From NCBI GenBank assembly GCA_964016885.1, contig OZ024752.1, positions 29,264,001-29,328,000 on the forward strand: a stretch of DNA of 64,000 bases, in the 5' to 3' direction. Every line of letters starts with the position of its first letter. Position 1 is the first letter of the stretch. Origin of the DNA: Eledone cirrhosa. Its lineage: Eukaryota. The translations under genes were made by a program, and so were the position numbers. A model generated the notes under the pieces. It did no database searches and was not told the origin of the DNA. It saw only the letters and a list, made by a program, of their open reading frames with translations. Positions 27,643 to 39,200 of the stretch are shown one piece after another.

Positions 27643-27700
27643 TGTTGATTTAAAACTCCACTATTCACAAGTGTGTTTTAACCTTCATATCATGTCTCCC

Positions 27701-27771
27701 TATTTTATCTGACGAAAACGCAAATATTATTGCATGATGATATTTGTTTTTGAAATGCGCATAATAAAATA
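27701..27771 (+). ncRNA. Type I hammerhead ribozyme
   Basis: tattttat CTGACGA aaacgcaaatatt...gatatttgttttt GAAA tgcgca TA ataaaata. Helix I is 8 bp; helix III is the palindrome ATGCGCAT. Confidence 0.85.
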
Positions 27772-27801
27772 CATGGAACTCTTTTAACCATCTTTAGATC
27801 T

Positions 27802-27833
<32 letters not shown>

Positions 27834-28181
27834 TTATTTTATCTTGTGCATTTGCTTACCACGTGTGTTTGTTTATTTATGTCTTCCTTTCTGTATCGCT
27901 GTCAACTTAATAATTTTTATTTTCTTAATTATTATTTTTTATTTTTTCATTTGTATGTGACGGCCTAATTCAGTATATGGTTGTTCATTGATTTTTATTT
28001 ATTCTTATAATAATATGTATGTGTGCGTATGTAGGTATATATATCTATATATGTGTGCGCGTATGTATGTGTATATGTGTGTATGTATGTGTGTATATAT
28101 ATATATATATATATGTGTGTGTCTGTTTGTGTATTTATGTGTGTGAATGTATGGATATATATGTATGTGTATATATATATG

Positions 28182-28220
<39 letters not shown>

Positions 28221-28330
28221 TTATCTACTTTTATATTTATTATTCTTTTTCTCCTTTTCCTCCAGCCTCACTTTCATATATATTATATTTTTGTTTTTCA
28301 AATCCACTGTCAATAAATACACCAGGATTT

Positions 28331-28390
28331 TTTCATTCTGATGACTGAAAGCAAATTTGTTTGCTTTCAAGAAACCACTGGTAAATGAAA
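28331..28390 (+). ncRNA. Type I hammerhead ribozyme, probably in an orphan PLE 3' end (~27835-28486)
   Basis: tttcatt CTGATGA c tgaaagcaaa tttg tttgctttca a GAAA cc act gg TA aatgaaa. Helix I is 7 bp and helix II is 10 bp. Confidence 0.88.
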
Positions 28391-28482
28391 TAATTATCTT
28401 ATGTTGTTTATTACATAACTAATAAGCTCTGTAACCTACACAGAGCACTCTTTTTCCCGGACCTTTCCGACGGAATTACTTC

Positions 28483-28550
<68 letters not shown>

Positions 28551-28660
28551 ATAAATATATTTATATATATGTATATATAATTGGTGTTGGATGCTTAAAG
28601 CGTCCATATGCGGTAGGCCGTATGAGCACTCGATGCTCTCATACAGCAGAGTATGAAATT

Positions 28661-28939
28661 ACAGGAAAAAAGAGAATCAGTGTTGTGACGAATGGAATTT
28701 ATTGGACATATTACAATTGTTTCTCTGGCGACCAGCTCGAGGCACAATCGATGTGATGAAAGAACCTGACTCTGAAAATCGCAAGGTCCTCAGTTACGTC
28801 TTGATTCTACGAAGCAGATTTTCCTTGCAGAGTCAGGTTCGATCATCATATCGATTGTGCCTCGAGCTGGTCGCCAGAGAAACGATTGCAATATGTCCAA
28901 TAAATTCCATTCGTCGCAACACTAATTCTCTTTTTTTCT

Positions 28940-28941
<2 letters not shown>
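28661..28941. mobile_element. Foldback MITE with ~114-bp inverted arms
   Basis: 28661-28774 pairs with 28828-28941 with few mismatches; ~53-bp spacer; right end ...tttttctgtg. Confidence 0.85.
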
Positions 28942-28975
<34 letters not shown>

Positions 28976-28978
<3 letters not shown>

Positions 28979-29071
28979 CATCATCATCATCATTTTACGT
29001 CCGTTTTTCCCTGCTTGCAAGAGTGAGACAGGTCTTATTCAGCACAGCATCTCTCCACTTGTCACGGTCCA
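28976..29071 (-). mobile_element. Short 3' fragment of the RTE family at 1675-3502 with (TGA)n tail
   Basis: Encodes [24 protein letters not shown], against [24 protein letters not shown] in the long copy. Confidence 0.9.
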
Positions 29072-29082
29072 GTATATATATA

Positions 29083-29601
29083 GCCTGCCTGAAAATAGTC
29101 CCAGCTGCCGAGGCTGCATGCCCTCGCAACGATTCGATCTTCCAACACATAGAATGGCCACGCCATACACAAGTAGACGACAAAGTCCGAACCTCTGTGT
29201 GCATCGCCACAATTCTACTGAGTGAATTAGTCATACTTATAGGTAGAATTTTATTTATTAAAAGAAGGAATATATATATAGAAACGGAAAGAGAGCGAGA
29301 TGACACGCCTCAAAATATATTCCGGGTGTTACCTCACTCCCATTCCGTTTCTATATATAAATCAATTTAGAAACTACTAGTATATAGTACATATATATCG
29401 AACAATTAATACGTAAGTAGATATACTTGTTTCTGGAAATAAAAAATACAAACCGTCCGTCTTATAAGTATCAATTATTGATTAAACCTAAATTCAGTAT
29501 ATACATATTGTTTGTTCTAAGTTCCCTGGATAGGATGCCCTAACTGAGTGTACTGGAGCAACAGTAAATACAGTTTTTTCTTAAGAATACTTGAGTGTGT
29601 T
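29083..29601 (-). mobile_element. ~510-bp dispersed repeat, copy 2
   Basis: Reverse-complement similarity to 25969-26478 along its whole length, with scattered substitutions. Confidence 0.75.
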
Positions 29602-29663
29602 GGCTGCTAAAGAAGTATACAACAGATTTCTTACAGAGAAGGATAGGATAGAGGAAGAATCGT

Positions 29664-29790
29664 TCCCAATACTAGACTGGTACTTTTTCTTTATCGACCT
29701 CGAATGGATGAAAGGCAAAGTTGAACTTTGATAGAGCCGAAACAAATACCTCAAACCATTCCATCGACTCTTTCAATTTGCCACCTTAAG
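29664..29790 (-). mobile_element. SINE fragment (24252 family)
   Basis: ctggtactt...tatcgacctcgaatggatgaaaggcaaagttga...tttgccacctta is the reverse complement of the 24252 motifs. Confidence 0.65.
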
Positions 29791-30049
29791 GGAGTTATAC
29801 GCCAGCCAAATATTTGGCTCTCGCAAGTTCTAAAGCAAAGAAAGACACTTTTGATGATGACAATGTAGTCTTAGATACTCATATAAACACAGGATGGGCA
29901 CAGCTGGAAATGTTTCAAAAGTCTACATTTGAGGTTATGACTGTCAGGGAGTGTCATAGAGTTAACATTCTAGACAGGAAGGATTAAAGGGCACTGATTT
30001 TACCACACCTGGAGCAATGTTTAAACATATTTTCAATGGGTCAAGCCAG

Positions 30050-31310
30050 ATAAACAGGACAAAACCAATAAGTATATATGTATATATAGTAGTTAGCGAA
30101 GAAGAACCTGACAACAGAAGCCAACCTGTAAGAGACAAGTATGGAAGTTAAAAGACCCATCAAACAGTAACAAATTTAGAAGTATGTTGACTAACGCCTT
30201 CAGCAGCAAGTTATAGCAGTATAATCACCAACTGTTACAAGGGTAACAGAGATGCTCTAGATAGAGAAAACTATAGAGGGGCATTAAGTTGGGTGACCAG
30301 AAAATGAGATGCAGTTTGGATTTGTCCCAGGTAAAAGTACCATTGATGCCCTCTTCATTGTAAGATAACTGCAGAAGTACCTAGCTAAGAGTAAAGACTT
30401 CTACTTGGCTTTTGTAGATAGACCTGGAGAAAGCTTTTGACAGAGTCCCTTGTTCCATTATCTGGTGGGCTCTTAGAAAACTAGGAGTTGACGAATGGTT
30501 TGTGAGGGCAGTATAAGCCATGTATAGAAGAATAGTCAGCAAGGTCAGAATTAACAATGTCTATAGTGAAGAATTTAGAAGGGAAATAGCTCTTCTCAAG
30601 TGTGCAGAAAAGGAGTAGGTAGAAATTCCATTCTATGTCCCAAATGCAAGCTATGGGTACATAAAAGATGTAATAGGATCTCAGGCAGGCTAACAATGTA
30701 GGTTTAACATGTCGCCATGGCACAAGGGCACTAAGTAGCAAGAGCCTCCAAAATACAATCACCTTCAAATGCCCAGAGAAAGAAAAGAAGCCCAGGTCTC
30801 ACTGCTGCGCAATAGCAATATACATAAATGGCAAAGCATAAATGAAATGCGTGAGAAATTAGGCATAAGATGGATCAGATGTTGTGTGCAGGGGAGGAGA
30901 TTGTGTTGGTATGGACATGTGATGCGTATGAAGGATGATAGCTGTATAAAAATGTGCAGAGGAAAGAAGCTAGATGACAAGTATACCTCACAAGAAGGAA
31001 AGCAGAAAACAAAATATTTAAGCATGGTTTGCAGTGTTCAAGATCGTAAGACAGTGTGTCAGGGAAAATTGCAATATTGACGCTGAAAAGAAGGTAGCAT
31101 GGAAGAGCCACTATGAAAGATTACTGAATGAGGAGAATGCATCAGAAGAAGAAAGTTTGTCACATGTCGACCCAACAGAGGAACTGACTGTACAAGGTCG
31201 CAGTAGTTATAGTAAGTAAGGCAATCAATGATATGAAATCAAACAGGGCAGCTGGTCCCTCAGGGATAGTTGCTGAGCTTCTGAAAGCTTCAGGTATGGT
31301 GGGCCACACC
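30050..31310 (+). pseudogene. Decayed, internally deleted RTE LINE fragments
   Basis: [78 protein letters not shown], then out of order KKVAWKSHYERLLNEEN...[16 protein letters not shown]. Many frameshifts. A related piece lies on - at ~25895-25970. Confidence 0.85.
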
Positions 31311-31912
31311 ATAGTTTCCCCGCAATGTAAACCACGTTATACAAAATATATAAATACAGTAAATTAGTCATACTTATAGGTAAAATTTTGTTTATTAAAA
31401 AAAAAAAAAAAAAAAGAAACGGACACAAAGCGAGATAACACAATATATTGCGAGAGTTACCTCCCTGTCATTCCGTTTCTATATAAATATATTTAGTATT
31501 TCACCAATTGTGGAGAAGGGTGGCTTTGGTGGGTCATATAGGCTTACTTCGATGTTTCTAACTGCCTACTGGGAGTGGCAGATGGACAATCAACTGCACA
31601 CACCTGTAGAGTGGAACTAAAGTTCACAGGGGAATGGATATAACCAATGAAAACGTCATATCAGTCTGTTCCCTTGTCTTTAAGATGCTGTAGCATGACC
31701 AAACCATCAAGTAACCATGAGCACCATTGAAACATGTATTACAGCTTTATGAATAAAAGATTTTTAAACATCTTCACAACTATCCTTATTGTATATATAC
31801 TCCATCATGAACCAATAAATTATATTTGGAAGAAAACACATGACACTGAGTGCTTCAATCTAATTACATCATTATTCACTGATCGCTGATTAGTCAACAT
31901 GTTTATTGCAAG

Positions 31913-31972
<60 letters not shown>

Positions 31973-32247
31973 CCTATATATATATATATATATATATAAT
32001 GGCCTATATAATCGCCTATATGCACTGCCCCCTTTTCCTTGAATCGGCTCTCCCCACATGCATCTAGTACCTTCCATTATCCACACACAGATACAACAGT
32101 GATGCTCCACACTTAGATACATTACACATACAAAAAAAAAACAACCTTAAACAAACATGTAGAAAAGGACACATTTCTCACTTAGCATTGTATAGCGTGG
32201 TTGCTATGACATATATATAGCTGTTCTAATCAGCTGCTCATACTTAC

Positions 32248-32560
32248 GTTAAGGTATTGTTCTCAAAATAAATAATATCAAAATCTAGTAGATTCGATAT
32301 TATGTGAGATAAAGTGTTTACTGTGAAAATACAATAGTAAATATAGAGTAATGTAAATGTAATTTAATGTTCAAACTGGCCATAATTCTCTACCTTTTTC
32401 TGTTGAAACTGGCTGTAACTGGTTACTCAAACTGATGTTAAGGTATTGTTCTCAAAATAAATACTTTCAAAATCTCATAGATTCGATACTATGTGAGATA
32501 AAGCATTTACCATGAAAATATAATAGTATATATAGAGTAATGTGAATGCTCAAGGGTTAA
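32248..32560. repeat. Two ~112-bp direct repeats ending in agggTTAA (possible piggyBac-type MITE remnant)
   Basis: gttaaggtattgttctcaaaataaata...tagagtaatgt occurs at 32248 and 32437; terminal aatgctcaagggttaa. No clear left TIR. Confidence 0.5.
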
Positions 32561-32896
32561 AGCTATCTCCCTTAGTGAACATTATAAACTCCCTCTCTGT
32601 AAACCACACATTGGAAAAATAAATATTTAAAGACAAAAAAGAAATCAACAAATCATAAAATTATGTAACAGTTTAGTTTTTAGTGGAGAATTGAACAATA
32701 AAACAAACAAAACACACATTAGATGAACTATAATCAGACTTGCTTTTCAGTAATAAACTTAAGTTCAAATTATTTCAACAATATAACATTTTAAAATTTA
32801 GGAATTTACAGTTTAATCAAGATTTTTTTCCAAAAATATATATAAAAAAAATAGTTTGCAATCACTGAAATGGTGTATACCAGTAATATGTATATA

Positions 32897-32963
32897 TTGG
32901 GTCGTCAAGTATGAAATTTATAGACATTTTTTTTATTTACAAATTTCATACTTGACAACCCAA
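32897..32963. mobile_element. 67-bp Tc1/mariner-type mini-MITE
   Basis: TIRs ttgggtcgtcaagtatgaaattt / aaatttcatacttgacaacccaa match at 22 of 23 positions, with TA on both sides. Confidence 0.7.
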
Positions 32964-33005
32964 TATATATACCAGCAGTGTTTGTATGTATATATATGTA
33001 CCAGT

Positions 33006-33046
<41 letters not shown>

Positions 33047-33075
33047 TGTCTTATGTATATATATATACATGTGTG

Positions 33076-33252
33076 TCATCATTTTATGCATGCTGTCCAT
33101 GTTGGCATGGGTTGGACAGGTAGTTAAGTCTTTATCAGTTCTTATTCAGAGCTACTGTACTCGTAGACAGATTGGGGGATCATAGTATGGTTCTATGGTT
33201 TCTATAGTTGGGTGGCCTAACACCAACGACATGACAAAGTGTAATGGTTACA
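33076..33252 (-). mobile_element. Degenerate repeat with an RTE-type 3' end, abutting the satellite
   Basis: tcatcattttatgcatgctgtccatgttggcatgggttggacagg resembles the RTE 3' end tcatcattttacgtccgcttttccctgcttgcaagggtgggacggg (1693-1738). Confidence 0.55.
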
Positions 33253-36200
33253 GTTTATCATGTCACCAGTACTACAGTAGGTAGAGTTTATCATGTCACC
33301 AGCACTACAGTAGGTAGTGTTTATCATGTCACCAGCACTAGAGAGGTAGAGTTTATCATGTCACCAGCACTAGAGGTAGAGTTTATCATGTCACCAGTAC
33401 TACAGTAGGTAGAGTTTATCATGTCACCAGCACTAGAGGTAGAGTTTATCATGTCACCAGTACTACAGTAGGTAGTGTTTATCATGTCACCAGCACTAGA
33501 GAGGTAGAGTTTATCATGTCACCAGTACTACAGTAGGTAGTGTTTATCATGTCACCAGCACTACAGTAGGTAGAGTTTATCATGTCACCAGCACTACAGT
33601 AGGTAGTGTTTATCATGTCACCAGCACTAGAGAGGTAGAGTTTATCATGTCACCAGCACTACAGAAGGTAGAGATTATCATGTCACCAGCACTACAGTAG
33701 GTAGAGTTTATCATGTCACCAGCACTAGAAAGGTAGAGTTTATCATGTCACCAGCACTACAGTAGGTAGAGTTTATCATGTCACCAGTACTACAGTAGGT
33801 AGAGTTTATCATGTCACCAGCACTACAGTAGGTAGAGTTTATCATGTCACCAGTACTACAGTAGGTAGAGTTTATCATGTCACCAGCACTACAGTAGGTA
33901 GAGTTTATCATGTCACCAGTACTACAGTAGGTAGTGTTTATCATGTCACCAGTACTACAGTAGGTAGTGTTTATCATGTCACCAGCAGTAGAGAGGTAGA
34001 GTTTATCATGTCACCAGTATTACAGTAGGTAGAGTTTATCATGTCACCAGCACTAGAGAGGTAGAGCTTATCATGACACCAGCACTACAATAGGTAGAGT
34101 TTAACATGTCACCAGCAGTAGAGAGGTAGAGTTTATCATGTCACCAGCACTAGAGAGGTAGAGTTTATCATGACACCAGCACTACAGTAGGTATAGTTTA
34201 TCATGTCACCAGCACTAGAGAGGTAGAGTTTATCATGACACCAGCACTACAGTAGGTAGAGTTTATCATGACACCAGCAGTAGAGAGGTAGAGTTTATCA
34301 TGTCACCAGCACTAGAGAGGTAGAGTTTATCATGACACCAGCAGTAGAGAGGTAGAGTTTATCATGTCACCAGCACTAGAGAGGTAGAGTTTATCATGAC
34401 ACCAGCACTACAGTAGGTATAGTTTATCATGTCACCAGCACTAGAGAGGTAGAGTTTATCATGACACCAGCACTACAGTAGGTAGAGTTTATCATGACAC
34501 CAGCAGTAGAGAGGTAGAGTTTATCATGTCACCAGCACTAGAGAGGTAGAGATTATCATGACACCAGCAGTAAAGAGGTAGAGCTTATCATGTCACCAGC
34601 ACTAGAGAGGTAGAGTTTATCAGGACACCAGCACTACAGTAGGTAGAGTTTATCATGTCACCAGCACTACAGCAGGTAGAGTTTATCATGACACCAGCAC
34701 TATAGTAGGTAGAGTTTATCATGACACCAGCACTAGAGAGGTAGAGTTTATCATGACACCAGCACTAGAGAGGTAGAGTTTATCAGGACACCAGTAGTAC
34801 AGTAGGTAGAGTTTATCATGTCACCAGCACTATAGTAGGTAGAGTTTATCATGACACCAGCACTAGAGAGGTAGAGTTTATCATGACACCAGCACTACAG
34901 TAGGTAGTGTTTATCACGTCACCAGCACTACAGTAGGTAGTGTTTATCATGTAACAAGCACTACAGTAGGTAGTGTTTATCATGTCACCAGTACTAGAGA
35001 GGTAGAGTTTATCATGTCACCAGCACTATAGTAGGTAGAGTTTATCATGACACCAGCACTAGAGAGGTAGAGTTTATCATGACACCAGCACTAGAGAGGT
35101 AGTGTTTATCATGTCACCAGTACTACAGTAGGTAGAGTTTATCATGTCACCAGCACTACAGTAGGTAGAGTTTATCATGTCACCAGCACTAGAGAGGTAG
35201 AGTTTATCATGTCACCAGCACTACAGTAGGTAGAGTTTATCATGTCACCAGCACTACAGTAGGTAGAGTTTATCATGTCACCAGCACTACAGTAGGTAGG
35301 GTTTATCATGTCACCAGCACTAGAGAGGTAGAGTGTATAATGTCACCAGCACTAGAGAGGTAGAGTTTATAATGACACCAGCACTACAGTAGGTAGAGTT
35401 TATTATGTCACCAGCACTACAGTAGGTAGAGTTTATCATGTCAACAGCACTACAGTAGGTAGTGTTTATCATGTCACCAGCACTACAGTAGGTAGAGTTT
35501 ATCATGTCACCAGCACTAGAGAGGTAGAGTTTATCATGACACCAGCACTAGAGAGGTAGAGTTTATCATGTCACCAGCACTAGAGAGGTAGAGTTTATCA
35601 TGTCACCAGCACTACAGTAGGTAGTGTTTATCATGTCACCAGTACTACAGTAGGTAGAGTTTATCATGTCACCAGCACTAGAGAGGTAGAGTTTATAATG
35701 ACACCAGCACTACAGTAGGTAGAGTTTATCATGTCACCAGCACTACAGTAGGTAGAGTTTATCATGTCACCAGCACTACAGAGGTAGAGTGTATAATGTC
35801 ACCAGCACTAGAGAGGTAGAGTGTATAATGTCACCAGCACTTGACAGGTAGAGATTATCATGACACCAGCACTAGAGAGGTAGAGCTTATCATGTCACCA
35901 GCACTACAGTAGGTAGTGTTTATCATGACACCAGCACTAGAGAGGTAGAGCTTATCATGTCACCAGCACTAGAGAGGTAGAGTTTATCATGACACCAGTA
36001 CTACAGTAGGTAGAGTTTATCATGTCACCGGCACAACAGTATAGTGTTTATCATGTCACCAGCACTAGAGAGGTAGAGTTTATCATGACACCAGCACTAC
36101 AGTAGGTAGAGTTTATCATGTCACCAGCACTAGAGAGGTAGAGTTGATCATGTCACCAGCACTAGAGAGGTAGAGTTTATCATGTCACCAGCAGTAGAGA

Positions 36201-39200
36201 GGTAGAGTTTATCATGTCACCAGCAGTACAGTAGGTAGTTTATAATGTCACCAGCACTACAGTAGGTAGTTTATCATGTCACCAGCACTAGAGAGGTAGA
36301 GTTTATCATGACACCAGCACTACAGTAGATAGAGTTTATCATGTAACAAGCACTATAGTAGGTAGAGTTTATCATGACACCAGCACTACAGTAGGTAGTG
36401 TTTATCATGACACCAGCACTAGAGCGGTAGAGTTTATCATGTCACCAGCACTAGAGAGGTAGAGTTTATCATGTCACCAGCACTACAGTAGGTAGAGTTT
36501 AGCATGTCACCAGCACTACAGTAGGTAGAGTTTATCATGTCACCAGCACTAGAGAGGTAGAGTTTATCATGACACCAGCACTAGAGAGGTAGAGTTTATC
36601 ATGACACCAGCACTAGAAAGGTAGAATTTATCATGTCACCAGCATTACAGTAGGTAGAGTTTATCATGACACCAGCACTAGAAAGGTAGAATTTATCATG
36701 TCACCAGCACTACAGTAGGTAGAGTTTATCATGACACCAGCACTACAGTAGGTATAGTTTATCATGTCACGAGCACTAGAGAGGTAGAGTTTATCATGTC
36801 AACAGCACTAGAGAGGTAGAGCTTATCATGACACCAGCACTAGAGAGGTAGAGTGTATAATGTCACCAGCACTACAGTAGGTAGTTTATCATGTCACCAA
36901 CACTAGAGAGGTAGAGTTTATCATGCCACCAGCACTAACGAGGTAGAATTTATCATGACACCAGCACTAGAGAGGTAGAGTTTATCATGACACCAGCACT
37001 ACAGTAGGTAGTGTTTATCATGTCACCAGCACTACAGTAGGTAGTTTATCATGTCACCAGCACTAGAGAGGTTCAGTTTATCATGAAACCAGCACTACAG
37101 TAGGTAGTGTTTAACATGACACCAGCACTAGAGAGGTAGAGTTTATCATGTCACCAGCACTAGAGAGGTAGAGTTTATCATGTCACCAGCAGTAGAGAGG
37201 TAGAGTTTATCATGTCACCAGCAGTAGAGAGGTAGAGTTTATCATGTCACCAGCACTAGAGAGGTAGAGTTTATCATGACACCAGCACTACAATAGGTAG
37301 AGTTTAACATGTCACCAGCAGTAGAGAGGTAGAGTTTATCATGTCACCAGCAGTAGAGAGATAGAGTTTATCATGTCACCAGTATTACAGTAGGTAGAGT
37401 TTATCATGACACCAGCACTACAGTAGGTAGAGTTTATCATGTCACCAGCACTAGAGAGGTAGAGTTTATCATGACACCAGCACTACAGTAGGTAGAGTTT
37501 ATCATGTCACCAGCAGTACAGTAGGTAGAGTTTATCATGTCACCAGCAGTACAGTAGGTAGAGTTTATCATGACACCAGCACTAGAGAGGTAGAGTTTAT
37601 CATGACACCAGCACTACAGTAGGTACAGTTTATCATGTCACCAGCACTACAGTATGTAGAGTTTATCATGACACCAGCACTACAGTAGGTAGTGTTTATC
37701 ATGACAACAGCACTAGAGAGGTAGTGTTTATCATGACACCAGCACTACAGTAGGTAGAGTTTATCATGTCACCAGCACTAGAGAGGTAGAGTTTATCATG
37801 CCACCAGCACTACAGTAGGTACAGTTTATCATGTCACCAGCACTAGAGAGGTAGTGTTTATCATGACACCAGCACTACAGTAGGTAGTGTTTATTATGAC
37901 ACCAGCACAAGAGAGGTAGTGTTTATCATGACACCAGCACTACAGTATAGTGTTTATCATGTCACCAGCACTAGAGAGGTAGTGTGTATCATGACACCAG
38001 CACTAGAGTAGATAGTTTATCATGACACCAGCACTAGAGAGGTAGACCTTATCATGTCACCAGCACTACAGTAGGTAGTGTTTATCATGACACCAGCACT
38101 AGAGAGGTAGAGTTTATCATGTCACCAGCACTAGAGAGGTAGAGTTTATCATGACACCAGCACTACAGTAGGTAGAGTTTATCATGTCACCAGCAGTACA
38201 GTAGGTAGTTTATAATGTCACCAGCACTACAGTAGGTAGTTTATCATGTCACCAGCACTAGAGAGGTAGAGTTTATCATGATACCAGCACTACAGTAGGT
38301 AGTGTTTATCATGTCAACAGCACTACAGTAGGTAGTTTATCATGTGACCAGCACTACAGTAGGTAGAGTTTATCATGACACCAGCACTAGAGAGGTAGAG
38401 TTTATCATGTCACCAGCAGTAGAGAGGTAGAGTTTATCATGTCACCAGCAGTAGAGAGGTAGAGTTTATCATGTCACCAGCACTAGAGAGGTAGAGTTTA
38501 TCATGTCACCAGCACTACAGTAGGTAGAGTTTATCATGTCACCAGCACTACAGTAGGTAGAGTTTATCATGTCACCAGCACTAGAGAGGTAGAGTTTATC
38601 ATGACACCAGCACTAGAGAGGTAGAGTTTATCATGACACCAGCACTAGAAAGGTAGAATTTATCATGTCACCAGCATTACAGTAGGTAGAGTTTATCATG
38701 ACACCAGCACTAGAAAGGTAGAATTTATCATGTCACCAGCACTACAGTAGGTAGAGTTTATCATGACACCAGCACTACAGTAGGTATAGTTTATCATGTC
38801 ACGAGCACTAGAGAGGTAGAGTTTATCATGTCAACAGCACTAGAGAGGTAGAGCTTATCATGACACCAGCACTAGAGAGGTAGAGTGTATAATGTCACCA
38901 GCACTACAGTAGGTAGTTTATCATGTCACCAACACTAGAGAGGTAGAGTTTATCATGCCACCAGCACTAACGAGGTAGAATTTATCATGACACCAGCACT
39001 AGAGAGGTAGAGTTTATCATGACACCAGCACTACAGTAGGTAGTGTTTATCATGTCACCAGCACTACAGTAGGTAGTTTATCATGTCACCAGCACTAGAG
39101 AGGTTCAGTTTATCATGAAACCAGCACTACAGTAGGTAGTGTTTATCATGACACCAGCACTAGAGAGGTAGAGTTTATCATGTCACCAGCACTAGAGAGG

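Larger units (their letters stand above)
27325..27810 (+). mobile_element. Short PLE-type element with ~84-bp inverted arms and hammerhead, containing a SINE
   Basis: 27325-27408 is inverted at 27727-27810; hammerhead at 27701-27771; SINE between the arms. Confidence 0.75.

Noticed and set aside
31500-32860. Host gene exons in the remaining unique-looking DNA
   Set aside because: No convincing ORF or domain. Small exons of a large-intron gene cannot be excluded without RNA-seq.
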